A stretch of 64,000 nucleotides of DNA from an uncultured Acidobacteriota bacterium (GCA_963770895.1 CAVYRF010000002.1:3840001-3904000); one strand, 5' to 3'; shown: positions 29,299-39,975, numbered from the stretch's first letter. Notes: a model not told the origin generated them from the letters alone. Made by a program: numbers and translations.

Positions 29299-30270
29299 AT
29301 GCGAGGCAAGAGCTGCTCTCTCCTTACGCTACGAGCGGTCACGGTGGCACTAGCCATCACCGCCTTAGCGGCTCCGTCTGCTTTGCCAGCTGAACCCCCG
29401 ATGCTTGGGGGATCTCGATGCCCATGGCCGGGGCTCAGTGGTAGCCGGCTTCTAGGATATCAGCTGGGGAGCGTCAGCTTCTTGGAGGCCTCAATTCGCA
29501 GCGTTGTCGAGGAGTTGACCCAGCGCCATGGAATACCGTTGTCTTTCATTGAGGGCAATCCCGGCGGAACGGTGACTATATCAGGTCAGAATTGTACACT
29601 GAGGCAGCTGCTGGACAAGATTGTCTCGAGCGCCGTTAATTACCGATACGATTTCATCGGCTCACACCTTGTTCTATATCCGAGTGATCCAGCATGGCGT
29701 ATCAGGATTGAGCACCTCGAAGTACCGGCCGGCCCTCGCAGCATTGTCCTCCGGCGCCTTATCGAAGGCCTGGGGAGGCTGGCGCTGCCGCTGCCTCCCT
29801 TGGTCGATCGAGGCATAAACGGCTATCCAGACGCGATCGAGTACGTGGACCCCGTCACGCTAGCTACGCCTGCCTCGGTTACGGAACTCTTCGTGCAGTT
29901 GCTTGGTGAACGAGAGTCCGCAGTCTTCGAAGTGTCGAACCACGGCAAGCCCTCCAGGGCGCTGGTTCAGGTCTCCATCGCCAGCCTTGCCAAGTCTCTG
30001 GAGGTAACGTCGCCCAAGAAGCGCTTTACGTTCACCGGTGAAGCAGCTCGGCTGCAAGTTCTTGGGCTGCTGCACAACGGCGAGCGCCAAGATCTCACGG
30101 CGCCAGCCTGCGGAACGCAATACTTTTCGGCGACCAGCAACTTCACAGTCACAGCCGACGGTGTTGTTACAGGAAAGTCACAAGGGCAAGGTGCAATCAT
30201 AGTCAGCAATGGCAACTTGCGGATGACGATTTATCTTTATCTTGACGCCAACAAAAACAATGCACAGTGA
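29299..30270 (+). CDS. secreted hypothetical protein with C-terminal Ig-like (Big_2) domain
   Basis: Signal peptide; lower GC than flanks; QDLTAPACGTQYFSA...VTADGVVTG resembles ADLTAGTTGTGYVSS...VDASGVVTA in the next gene. Confidence 0.75.
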   Translation: MRGKSCSLLTLRAVTVALAITALAAPSALPAEPPMLGGSRCPWPGLSGSRLLGYQLGSVSFLEASIRSVVEELTQRHGIPLSFIEGNPGGTVTISGQNCTLRQLLDKIVSSAVNYRYDFIGSHLVLYPSDPAWRIRIEHLEVPAGPRSIVLRRLIEGLGRLALPLPPLVDRGINGYPDAIEYVDPVTLATPASVTELFVQLLGERESAVFEVSNHGKPSRALVQVSIASLAKSLEVTSPKKRFTFTGEAARLQVLGLLHNGERQDLTAPACGTQYFSATSNFTVTADGVVTGKSQGQGAIIVSNGNLRMTIYLYLDANKNNAQ

Positions 30271-33200
30271 ACCCTCGCGATTCTGCGGCGTGCTGCTGGT
30301 GTCGATCTTCGCGGTTGGCTTTGCGAGGTCAGTGCCCCTGCAAGCCCAGCTGGACCAGACCTGCACGGTGAGCGCGCTCAACCGGACGGCGCCGGTGGAT
30401 GGCAACGGCGTCTGGGTGCTGACGAATGTGCCGGCGGGCACGGGGCAGGTACGGGTGCGGGCGGCTTGCGTGGACAACGGCACGGTGCGGTATGGGCAGT
30501 CGGATCTGTTCACCGTGCCGGTCAATGGCACGATCCTGGTGAGCGGCATCTCGTTTACGAACCCGGTGTCGATCCCCTCCACCCTTTCGTTGACGGGGCC
30601 ATCGACGCCACTTTCGTCCGTGGGGCAGCAGGCGCAGCTCTCGGCCGTGGCATCCTACCCGGACGGGTCGTCAGCAGATCTGACGGCCGGCACGACGGGT
30701 ACGGGGTATGTGTCGAGCAACCCGGCGGTGGCGAGCGTGGATGCCAGTGGGGTGGTGACGGCGCAGGCAAGCGGTACGGTGGTCATCAGCGCGCTCAACG
30801 AGGGGGCACTGGGGATCGTCCAGGTGCAGGTGGTGCTGTCCGGCAGCGCGGTGGGCGATGGCATTCCAGACGACTGGAAGGTGGCGCATGGACTCGATCC
30901 AAACGACCCGTACTGTGCCCTCGAGGACCCTGACAACGACGGTCTGACCAACCTGGAGGAGTATCAGAACGGCACCGACCCAAACAACCCCGACACTGAC
31001 GGCGACGGGCTGTCCGATGGGGACGAGGTGCACGTTTACCACACCAACCCGCTGCTGTGGGACACGGATGGTGATGGCATTTCGGACGGGGTCGAGGTGC
31101 GCACCGGGAGTGATCCGCTCGATATGCACAGCTTCAATCTGGCGGCGGCGCTGTCGTCGATCACGGTGTCGCCGGCGTCGTTCACCCTGGTGTTCAACAC
31201 GGTCGGCGGCCAGGCGACGCGGCAGCTGGCGGCAGTGGGCAACGTGATCGATGGCCGCACGATCGACCTGTTCAACCCGCTGTACCAGACGCAGGTCACG
31301 TCGAGCGATCTGACAGTGGCCAGCCTGGGCTTGCAGCCGGGGCTGGTGTATGCCGGGCAGAGCGGGACAGCGACGATCACAGTGAGCAACAGCGGCTGGT
31401 CGGAAGCGTCGATGGTGGCGGTGACGACGTTTGCGCCACGGGCCCTGGCGTTTCTGCCTCTGCCGGGTTTCCAGAATGCGGTCGAGGCGGCCGGGGATTT
31501 CGTCTATGTGGCGTCCGGCGGGTTCGGGCTGTCGGTCGTGGATGTGACGAACCTGGCGGCTCCGGTCCTGGTGGCCCAGGCGGCGACCCCGGGGAGCGCC
31601 AACGATGTGCGGGTGTCCGGGACCGTTGCCTACGTGGCCGACGACAGCGGGCTGCAGCTGATGGATGTCAGCGACCCGGCTCACCCGGCGCGGCTGGGCA
31701 GCCTGAGCTTCCCCGACGGCCAGCAGGTGCGCCTGGCGGTCTACGGGAACCTGGTGTACCTGGCCGACATGAGCTTCGGCCTGCATGTGGTCGATGTGTC
31801 CAACCCGATGCAGCCGGTCGAGGTCGGGTTGCTCGCCTTGGGCGGCACGCCGCGCGCCATCGCCCTGGGCGGGAGCGGGCTGGGCGGGTATGGCTTGAGC
31901 GGATCGTATGCGGTGATCGCCTGTGGCGACGGCGGCCTGGCCGTGGTGGATGTCAGCGACCCCACGGCGCCGGACCTGGTGGGCGCAACTCCTGACGATC
32001 AGCCGCGCGCCGGCAGCGTCACGGTGCGCGGCCACTACGCTTTTGTGGCGGCCGGCGAGGAAGGTGTTTTCGGCGGTCTGCACGTGGTCGAGCTGGCGGA
32101 AGCGATCGACCCGGTGGAGGTGGGGGCGAGCGAGGACGACCTGGGGGTGGTGCGGGCTACCCTTCAGGACGGGTTCGCCTTGGGGGCGCAGTTCTTCCTT
32201 GCCGCGCAGGTGGCGATCTTCGACGTGAGCGGACTGCCGCCGGTCTACTCGGCGGTGCTGGACCTGGCCACCCTTCCCGGTGGCGAGGCGGTCGTCGCGC
32301 CACGCGCCAACGACATCGCCGTGCGCAACGGCGCGGTGTTCCTGGCGGCCAACGGCGTGCAGCTGGGCGAGCTCATCCCCTATGCCGTGGAGCAGGGCGG
32401 CCTGTACACGGGCCTGTTCGAGCTGCCGAACGACGGCGATGCCACGCCGCCGACGGTGAGCCTGAGCACGCCGTCTGCCGGGTCCTCGGTCATGGAGCGG
32501 CTGCCGATGACGGTGACCGCGACGGCCCAGGACGAGGTTTCGGTGACCTCGGTCGGAATCCTGGTTAACGGCGCGCTGGTCGAAACGCTCTACAAGCCGC
32601 CCTTCCAGACGACCATCACCGTGCCCGCCGGTCAGCCGGCGATGACGCTGGGCGCAGTCGCGACCAACATCGGCGGCGTGCAGGCGACGACTCAGGAAAC
32701 GCTCGCCGTCCAGCCGTATCCGCTGCCGGTCGCGACACTGCTGGCGCCGGTACCCGGCCAGACGCTGGTCGATGGTACGCCGCTGACGATCGCGGTGGCG
32801 GCGACCGACGCCGTGGCGGTGACGCAGGTCGAGGTCTACGTCAACGGCCACCTGGCGGGCACAGCCACGACGCCGCCCTACCTGTTCCAGGTGACACTCC
32901 CACGCGGCGCGGCGACGTTTGCGGTGACGGCCCTGGCCTACGACGCTCAGGGACCAGGCACGATGTCGGCGCCCGTGACCGTCGTCGTGCAGCCGGATGC
33001 GCCCCCGACGGTGGCGATCCTTGCGCCGCTCGATGGGGCGCAGGTCACCGAAGGGAGCGTGGTGTCGATCGTCGCCGGAGCGAGCGATCCGACCGGCATT
33101 GCCGGCGTGCAATTCGACCTCGACGGCGTCGAGCTCCAGGGGACGGCGGTTGCACCCTACACGGTGCAGATCGTGGCACCGCCGGAGGGTCAGACCCTGG

Positions 33201-34330
33201 TGCTCGACGCCGTCGCCACCGATACCGTGAACTTGGCGGCCCGCTCTACGCCGGTGACGATCACCACCGTGGTCGACCCCGGAACAGCGATCAGCGGCAC
33301 CGTCCTGGACCCGGCCGGCGCTCCGGCCGCCGGGGCGAGCATCGTCGTCGTCGCCGGCACCTTTTCGGCGACTGCCACGTCGGGTGTCGACGGCTCGTTC
33401 ACGTTGGGCGGCCTGCCCACCAACGACGGCGACTATGCAATCAGCGCCGTCGGTCAGGTAAACGGCTGCCAGGCGGAGGCCGACGCCCAGGTACCCCCGC
33501 CGCCGCCGGGGCAAAACGAATCGCTCGGCAACCTGACCCTGGTGCCGGCTCCCGTGCCGCAACCCACTACCGTGGCCGGCACGATCCTGGGAACGGACGG
33601 CAACGGCCTTGCCGGCGTCACCATCACGGTTTCGAGCACCGACCTGGCCGACACCGCAACCGTCGTGAGCGGTCGCGGTGGCGTGTTCGTCGCGCCCAAC
33701 TTCCCGGCGCGCGCCTGGACGCTGCAGGCCGAGGCCACGATCGCGAACGGCGGAGCGCTGCTCTACGCCGCCACCGGCGCCTCGCCGACCGGCCCGCACG
33801 CGGTCGCCGGCGGCACCACCAACCTGTAGACGCTCGCCCTGCAACCCTATCCGTTCACCGGTCCCGACCCGCTGACCACCGTCATCGGCCAGGCGCTCAA
33901 CCCCGACGGTTCGCCCGCCGCCGGCGCTCAGGTGGTGGTCGACGTCGGCTTCGAGCAGCTGGCAGGGGTCGCTGCGGCCGACGGTACGTTCAAGGTGGCC
34001 GGCGTGCCCACGCTCCAGGGGTTCTTCAAGATCACCGCGGCGCTCCACGAGCCGTGCAACGTCCTGCTGGTTGGCGGACCGGTGACGGTGAGCCAGCTGA
34101 CCGCGGGTGGGCAGACCGCCGTAACGCTGCCTCCGCTGGTGCCCGACCCTGGACCGCCCCCGCCGATCATCTTCGCGTCGCTGCCGTTCCCAGCTTGGCC
34201 CGGCAAGGCGGCGCGGTGCGCGGACACCGCCGCCGCAGGCGGCCTGCGCGGCTCCGTGCGGCGGGCTGCGCCGACCGCGTGCATGGCTTCTGCCGCGCGG
34301 ACCGTGGCGGTGCCGGAGCTCCCGCAGTGA
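30260..34330 (+). CDS. secreted Ig-like/TSP3-like Ca-binding/LVIVD-repeat protein with an in-frame TAG at 33827-33829
   Basis: Signal peptide, DTDGDGLSDGDE repeats (~30855-31125), GLxVVDVSxP LVIVD repeats, Big domains. The same frame continues past the TAG (TLALQPYPFTGPDPLTTVIGQALNPDGSPAAGAQV) to TGA 34330. Confidence 0.85.
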
Positions 34331-35955
34331 CACCGCGGCTGGACGACCTCGCGCCCCTTACCGGCGTGGCGGCGCCGGGGCTCAGCCGCCGGCGCCTGCT
34401 GGCGGGCGGCGCCGCGCTGGCCGGCCTGGCGGTCGCGCCCGCGGCAGGAGCCCTCCCTGCGGCTGCTGGGTCCGCAGGTTCGCGGGCTTCGGCGCGTGCC
34501 GTGGCGGCTCAGCTCCAGGCCGAGCTGCCACATCCCGCGCACCCGATCAACGGCGACGAGACCGCGCTGCCCGGCTGGATTGCCTGCTACTCGAAGGGCC
34601 TGCCCCATAATGCGCTGGGCGAGGTGGACCCAGCCGCCTACCGGCTGCTGCTGCGGGCGGTCGCAAGCCGCGATCCGGCCGATTTTGAATCGATCCCGTT
34701 GGGCGGCTTCGTCAAGCTGGCCAACCCCCAGGCGGCGCTGGCCGAAAATCTGATCGGTCCCGACCCAGACCGCATCGAGCTGCCCTCACCGCCGCGCTTC
34801 GCCAGCGCCGAACAGGCCGCCGAGCTGGTCGAGCTGTACTGGCAGGCGCGGCTGCGCGACGTGGCGTTCGAGGACTACGACGCCCACCCGCTCGCCCGGC
34901 AGGCGACGGCGGACCTGTCGCGCCTGCCCGCCCACACCGGACCGCGCGATGCGACGGGCCAGGTTACGTCGCGCATCCTGTTTCGCGGCGCCGGCACGGG
35001 CTCGGCGACCGGCCCCTACCTGTCGCAGTTCCTGTACCGCGACGTCTTCCTGCCGCCGGTGTGGGTCAAGCAGCAGGAGCGCACGGCGGTGGCCGGGATC
35101 GATTACATGACGCGCCCCGATGCGTGGCTCGAGTGTCAGAACGGTGCCCTGACCGGGGTCAACCGCTTCGACCCCATCCCGCGCTTCATCCGCAACGGCC
35201 GCGACCTGGGGGAGTGGGTGCACCGCGACTTCACCTATCAGGCGGCGCTCGATGCCTGCCTGGTGCTGCTCAAGATCGGCGCGCCCACGAGCGGCGCCAA
35301 CCCCTATAAGCATTCGCGCACGCAGAGCGGCTTCGCCACCTTCGGCGCGCCCTACCTGTTTTATCTGCTGGCGGTGGTGACCCAGGTGGCGCTGACCGCA
35401 TCTTGGTACCAGAAGTGGTGTGTACACCGCAGGCTGCGCCCGGAAGAGTTCGCTGGGCGGGTCGAGATGGTGCGCACCGGTCGCGCCGCCTACCCCATCG
35501 ACCCCGCGGTGCTGCACAGCGCCGGCCTCGACAAGACCCTGCGATTCCACGGCACGGCGCTGCTGCCTCAGGCCTACCCGGAAGGAGCGCCGACCCATCC
35601 CTCGTACCCGGCGGCGCATGCAGTGATAGCCGGCGCCGGCGTCACCGTGCTGAAGGCGTTTTTCGACCAGTCGCACCTGCTGCCCGCCCCGGTGGTCGCC
35701 GCCCCGGATGGGCTGGCGCTCAAGCCCTACATCGGATCGCCGCTCACCGTCGGCGGTGAGCTCGACAAGCTCGCCTGGAACGTCGGCATGGGGCGTAACT
35801 TTGCCGGCATCCACTGGCGCTCGGACGTGGCCGCGGGGCTCGATCTGGGCGAGCGCGTAGCCGTCGCGGTGCTGCGCGAGATGAAGCTCACCGGCAACGA
35901 GATCTTCGCCGGCTTCACCCTGCTGCAGTTCGACGGCCGCCGGGTCGCGATCTGA
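34327..35955 (+). CDS. Tat-exported vanadium-dependent haloperoxidase (PAP2 superfamily)
   Basis: GTG 34327; twin-Arg SRRRLLAGGAALAGL; YSKGLPHN; WYQKWCVHRRLRPEEF, HPSYPAAHA, GRNFAGIHWRSD vanadate-site motifs. Confidence 0.92.
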   Translation: MTPRLDDLAPLTGVAAPGLSRRRLLAGGAALAGLAVAPAAGALPAAAGSAGSRASARAVAAQLQAELPHPAHPINGDETALPGWIACYSKGLPHNALGEVDPAAYRLLLRAVASRDPADFESIPLGGFVKLANPQAALAENLIGPDPDRIELPSPPRFASAEQAAELVELYWQARLRDVAFEDYDAHPLARQATADLSRLPAHTGPRDATGQVTSRILFRGAGTGSATGPYLSQFLYRDVFLPPVWVKQQERTAVAGIDYMTRPDAWLECQNGALTGVNRFDPIPRFIRNGRDLGEWVHRDFTYQAALDACLVLLKIGAPTSGANPYKHSRTQSGFATFGAPYLFYLLAVVTQVALTASWYQKWCVHRRLRPEEFAGRVEMVRTGRAAYPIDPAVLHSAGLDKTLRFHGTALLPQAYPEGAPTHPSYPAAHAVIAGAGVTVLKAFFDQSHLLPAPVVAAPDGLALKPYIGSPLTVGGELDKLAWNVGMGRNFAGIHWRSDVAAGLDLGERVAVAVLREMKLTGNEIFAGFTLLQFDGRRVAI

Positions 35956-36325
35956 AGCGCGTGGCGGTCCGCCGCGGCTCGGAGCCGCGGTCACAGGGTG
36001 CCGCGAGCTGGGGGCTCCCCCGCGGGGCTTTCGAGCGACGGCGCCGCTACCCGTAGCAGAGTCCGCGGGTCGTCGGGGCGGATCTTCAGCCGCCGTCGCT
36101 CCCGGCCAAGGCGTTCGGCGTGCAGGCGCCAGCCGCGGCGGCGAAGACTCGGCACCGCAGGCACGCCGGGTGCGTCCACGCGTTGCAGGAAGTGCGGCAG
36201 GTCCTGCTTGGTTTCGTCGGTCGTCGAGCCGCCGCCGTAAAACACCGGACGCCGGTGTCATGCGTTTCGAGCCCGGCGCGTCTGGCCGGCCGGCAAGCAC
36301 ACTACTTGATGAGGAGGAAAGGCTC

Positions 36326-36493
36326 ATGAAAAAGACAACTTGGACGCTCCACCTCAGCCGCGAGACCCTGCGTCACATGCAAGACCCATCGGCTCTGCGC
36401 ACCGCACCCGGCGGCGCTCAAAGCATACCTGTGACCGCCTGCAATACCAGCTGCCCGCCCATCTGCACGCAGGTCAGGGTCTGCGCCGGCTGA
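36326..36493 (+). CDS. RiPP (lanthipeptide-like) precursor 1, 55 aa
   Basis: GAGGAGG RBS; MKKTTWTLHLSRETLRHMQDPSALRTAPGG-AQSIPVTACNTSCPPICTQVRVCAG. Confidence 0.85.
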   Translation: MKKTTWTLHLSRETLRHMQDPSALRTAPGGAQSIPVTACNTSCPPICTQVRVCAG

Positions 36494-36539
36494 GCGCCGG
36501 TCGGGTGCTCTGGGGCAGAGGCGTAGCGCGGTCCAGATG

Positions 36540-36569
36540 GCGCAGGGCGTCGCGAGCGGCGCCCTGCGC
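36540..36569. terminator. stem-loop downstream of precursor 1
   Basis: gcgcagggcgtcgc-ga-gcggcgccctgcgc inverted repeat. Confidence 0.35.
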
Positions 36570-36773
36570 GGGATCGTGACGTGGGGCGGCCTGCAGCTGC
36601 TCGCGGGTGCGAACGACCTCGCACTTACGGAGCAGCATGCAGGCCAGCTCGAAGCGGGTCCGCTTGGTTGGCGCAATCGCCAGCCGTCAGGTGCGCAAAG
36701 GTAGCCCTCGTCATGGATTGCGACCGCTCCGGCACAAGAATAGGTACGGGGCCAACTAAAGGGAGACAGCACC

Positions 36774-36929
36774 ATGAAAAAACAGATCCGGCACCTGTTG
36801 CTCAATCGCGAGACACTGCAGAACCTGACCGCTTCCAACCTGCCCAAGGTGGTCGCCGGCGCCGCCACCTTTCCGCCTGTGTGCGAGAACAGTGGCAACG
36901 CCATCACCCACTGCACGGGCTGTTGCTAG
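36774..36929 (+). CDS. RiPP (lanthipeptide-like) precursor 2, 51 aa (absent from the ORF track)
   Basis: AAGGGAG RBS; MKKQIRHLLLNRETLQNLTASNLPKVVAGA-ATFPPVCENSGNAITHCTGCC. Confidence 0.85.
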   Translation: MKKQIRHLLLNRETLQNLTASNLPKVVAGAATFPPVCENSGNAITHCTGCC

Positions 36930-37112
36930 GAGGCCGGCAGCGATCGCTCCGAACCGGTGCCGGCTGCGACCGGCGCCGGCCGCCGCGACCTCGGTGCGGC
37001 GCCGGCGGTCCCGCGTTGACAACCTGGGCCGCGAGATCGGTGCCGATCCGCTGCGCTAGCTTAGCGACGAGTGCTAAACTTCCGCTGTCTCAAAGGCAAG
37101 GGAGATCCGTTC

Positions 37113-37268
37113 ATGCACAAGACGACCAAGAAGCTGACCCTGTCACGCGAAACTCTTTCCATTCTGACCCTCGATCGTGCGCTTCGTCCGGTGGTAGGGG
37201 GCGTCAGCGTCCAGACCTGTCCTGAGGAAACCTGTACTGAACTGAACCACTTCTGCGTCGGAACCTAA
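37113..37268 (+). CDS. RiPP (lanthipeptide-like) precursor 3, 51 aa
   Basis: AAGGGAG RBS; MHKTTKKLTLSRETLSILTLDRALRPVVGG-VSVQTCPEETCTELNHFCVGT. Confidence 0.85.
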   Translation: MHKTTKKLTLSRETLSILTLDRALRPVVGGVSVQTCPEETCTELNHFCVGT

Positions 37269-37432
37269 ACTGGCGGGTGACATCGAGGGAAGGCTTCGCC
37301 GGGGTGCGGCAGCTGGCAGTGCCAACCCGAAGGTGGCGCCGGCGCCGGGGGCCGGCTGGTGTTCTGGGCCAGACCCGCTTCGCGGGCCGCCTCCTCCCAG
37401 ATCCTGGTGGCCGGCGGAGGGGCTTGCTGCGG

Positions 37433-39832
37433 CTACTCGTAGCGGATGGCGACCAGCGGGTCGACGTTCATGGCGCGGCGGGCGGGAAAGTAGGTGGCCA
37501 GCAGGGCGACGAGCAGGAGAAACAGGGCGGTGCCCAGGTAGGCGAGGGGGTCGGCGGGGGAGATGCCGTAGAGCATGCTGGCGATGAGGCGGTTCCCAGC
37601 GAGGGCGCCGGCCGCGCCGATCGCGATGCCGAGGAGGGTGAGGACGAGTCCCTGTCCTGAGACGAGGCGAAAGATGGCGGTGCGACGGGCTCCCAGGGCG
37701 ACGCGGGTGCCGATTTCGTTGGTGCGCTCCATGACCGAGTAGGCGAAGACGCTGTAGATGCCGAGGGCGGCGAGGAGGAGGGCGAGCACGGCGAAGAGGG
37801 CGAGCAGCATGGTCTTGGCGCGCGGCTCGGCGACGGAGGTGGCGAGGTGGGCGTCCCAGGTCTGCAACTCGTCAAGCGGCAGCTCACGGTCGAGACTCCA
37901 GACGAGACGGCGCACGCTCGGCAGGGCGCCTCCGGGGTTCGCCGCCGTGCGCACCATGAAGGTCAGATCGTCGATGTGCTTCTGCAGCAGCGTTACGTAG
38001 AGGGAGGGCGTGATGTCGTCGGTGATGCCGCGTTCGCGTGCGTCGCCGACGACGCCGATCACTTCCCAGTCCTTGTCGTCGTAGCCGAAGTGCTTGCCGA
38101 GCGGATCCTGGCCCGGCCAGTAGGTTTCGGCCATCTTGCGGTTGATCATCGCCACGAGCGCCGTATGCTCGGTGTCGCCGGAGTTGAACTTGCGCCCGTG
38201 CAGGAGCGGCGTCCCGACGGTGCCGAAATAGTCGCCGTCGATGATGCGCACGTTGGCCGACGGTTCCTTGCCCTTGGGCGGCTGCGCCCGGTCCTTGAAC
38301 ACGATGGTGCTCACCGTCGCGGGCCACATCAGCGGCGGCTGGTTGATCGCGCCGACAGCGGTGACGCCGGGAAGGGCGGCGGCTCCCTGCAAGACCTGCT
38401 GGAAGAAGGCGTCGCGCTTCGCCACCGAGTCGTAACGCGCCGTGTCGGAGGGGAGCGCCAGCGGCACCATGACCATGTGACTGGGGTTGAAGCCGAGGTC
38501 GATGGCGCGCAGGTTGGACAGGCTGCGCAGCAGCAGCACCGCGGCGACCAACACCATCATGGTGAGTGCCACTTCAGCCACCAGCAGCCCCTTGAGCACG
38601 CCGCGGGTGCGTCCCGAGGTGGCCCGCCCGCGCGCCTCCTTGAAGGCCGAGACGAGGTCGAGCCGGAAGGTCTGGCCGACCGGTGCGAGTCCGGCCACCA
38701 CGCCGGTCAGGAGCGAGACCGCAAGGGTCACGAGGAACACCCGCATGTCGATGGTGATCTCGTCCTTGCGCGGCAGTGAGGTGAGCAGGTCGAGCAGGAA
38801 GCTCTTCGAGAGCACGGTGAGGACGACGCCCAGGGCGCCGCCGGAGAGCGCGAGCAGCAGTCCCTCGAGCAGGAACTGGCGCACGATGTCGCGACGGTCC
38901 GCCCCGTGCACCAGGCGCAGCGCCACCTCGTAGCCGCGCTGCTGGGCGCGTGCGACCAGCAGGCTCGCGACGTTGGCGCATGCAATCAACAGGACGAGCG
39001 CCGCGGTCGCGGTGAGCGCCAGGATGCCGACCCGGGTCTTGCCAACCACCACCTCGCGCAGCGGCACCACGTTGACCCCCCAGCCGGCGTTGGTGTCGGG
39101 GTACTGCTGCTCGAGGTGGGCGGTGATGATCGACAGCTGCTTCTGCGCCAGCGCCACCGAGGCCGTGGGCTTGAGGCGGCCGATGGCGAAGAAGTAGCGC
39201 CAGCGGTAGGTCCGCTCCTGCGGCGTGAACGCCACCGGCACCCAGAGCTGCGCCGAGGTGGGGTAGATGTAGCCCGCCGGCATGACGCCGATGACGGTGT
39301 AGGGGCTGCCGTTGAGCTTGAGCGTCTTGCCGATGACGTTGGGGTCGCCGTTCAGAAATTTCTTCCAGAACGAATAGCGGATCACCACCACGTGCCTGCC
39401 AGGGTCGTTCTCCTCGTCGGCGTCGAGGGTGCGCCCGAGAATGGGCTTCATGTCCATGACCTTGAAGAAGTCGCTGCCGACGCGGACGCCGAGCTGGCTG
39501 GTGGGGGTGGCGAGGCCGGTGATGTTGTAGTACTGGAACCCGGCCGGGCTGAAAGCTGCGAAGACCGTGCTCTGGGCCTTCCAGTCCAGCACGTTGCCGG
39601 GCGAAACCATGGTGCGGTCGTCCGCCGAGCCCTTCTGGTGATCGTAGACCATCACCACGCGCTCCTGATGCGAGATGGGTAGCGGCTTGAGCAGGATGGT
39701 GTTGACGACGCTGAAGATGCCGGTGTTGGCGCCGATGCCCAGCGCGAGCGCAAGCACTGCGGCCAAGGTGTAGCCGGGGCGGCCCAGGAGAGACCTCAGA
39801 GCGTAGCGAACATCCCGAGTCAATGCCTCCAT
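37433..39832 (-). CDS. ABC transporter permease, duplicated MacB/FtsX (ADOP-like)
   Basis: AAAGGAGG RBS; DVRYALRSL...ALGIGANTGIFSVV, LLIACANVASLL, ERTNEIGTRVALGA, PARRAMNVDPLVAIRYE. Confidence 0.95.
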   Translation of the reverse strand: MEALTRDVRYALRSLLGRPGYTLAAVLALALGIGANTGIFSVVNTILLKPLPISHQERVVMVYDHQKGSADDRTMVSPGNVLDWKAQSTVFAAFSPAGFQYYNITGLATPTSQLGVRVGSDFFKVMDMKPILGRTLDADEENDPGRHVVVIRYSFWKKFLNGDPNVIGKTLKLNGSPYTVIGVMPAGYIYPTSAQLWVPVAFTPQERTYRWRYFFAIGRLKPTASVALAQKQLSIITAHLEQQYPDTNAGWGVNVVPLREVVVGKTRVGILALTATAALVLLIACANVASLLVARAQQRGYEVALRLVHGADRRDIVRQFLLEGLLLALSGGALGVVLTVLSKSFLLDLLTSLPRKDEITIDMRVFLVTLAVSLLTGVVAGLAPVGQTFRLDLVSAFKEARGRATSGRTRGVLKGLLVAEVALTMMVLVAAVLLLRSLSNLRAIDLGFNPSHMVMVPLALPSDTARYDSVAKRDAFFQQVLQGAAALPGVTAVGAINQPPLMWPATVSTIVFKDRAQPPKGKEPSANVRIIDGDYFGTVGTPLLHGRKFNSGDTEHTALVAMINRKMAETYWPGQDPLGKHFGYDDKDWEVIGVVGDARERGITDDITPSLYVTLLQKHIDDLTFMVRTAANPGGALPSVRRLVWSLDRELPLDELQTWDAHLATSVAEPRAKTMLLALFAVLALLLAALGIYSVFAYSVMERTNEIGTRVALGARRTAIFRLVSGQGLVLTLLGIAIGAAGALAGNRLIASMLYGISPADPLAYLGTALFLLLVALLATYFPARRAMNVDPLVAIRYE

Positions 39833-39975
39833 CGGTCCTCCTTTATAAATCATTATATTAAGACAATTCCTTCGGCTAGCGCATGCTCTACAACAGCTTA
39901 ATCATCTGTTATGGTAAATAGTAGTGATTAGATCAAGTCGCTCGGCAATTTCAGTGGTGATCGTCATTTAATTTT
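39833..39975. promoter_or_regulatory. AT-rich divergent promoter region between permease and NRPS
   Basis: Abrupt AT-rich tract (tttataaatcattatatta...) in otherwise very GC-rich DNA between divergent genes. Confidence 0.45.

Noticed and set aside
34054-34326. N-terminal extension of the haloperoxidase ORF
   Set aside because: Overlaps the upstream gene; the Tat signal fits a GTG 34327 start.
36326-37268. Idea that the Rhs-linked C39 peptidase removes the GG leaders of the three precursors
   Set aside because: It is 27 kb away, embedded in a Sec-exported Rhs protein and has a nearer candidate cis site; nothing supports a link.
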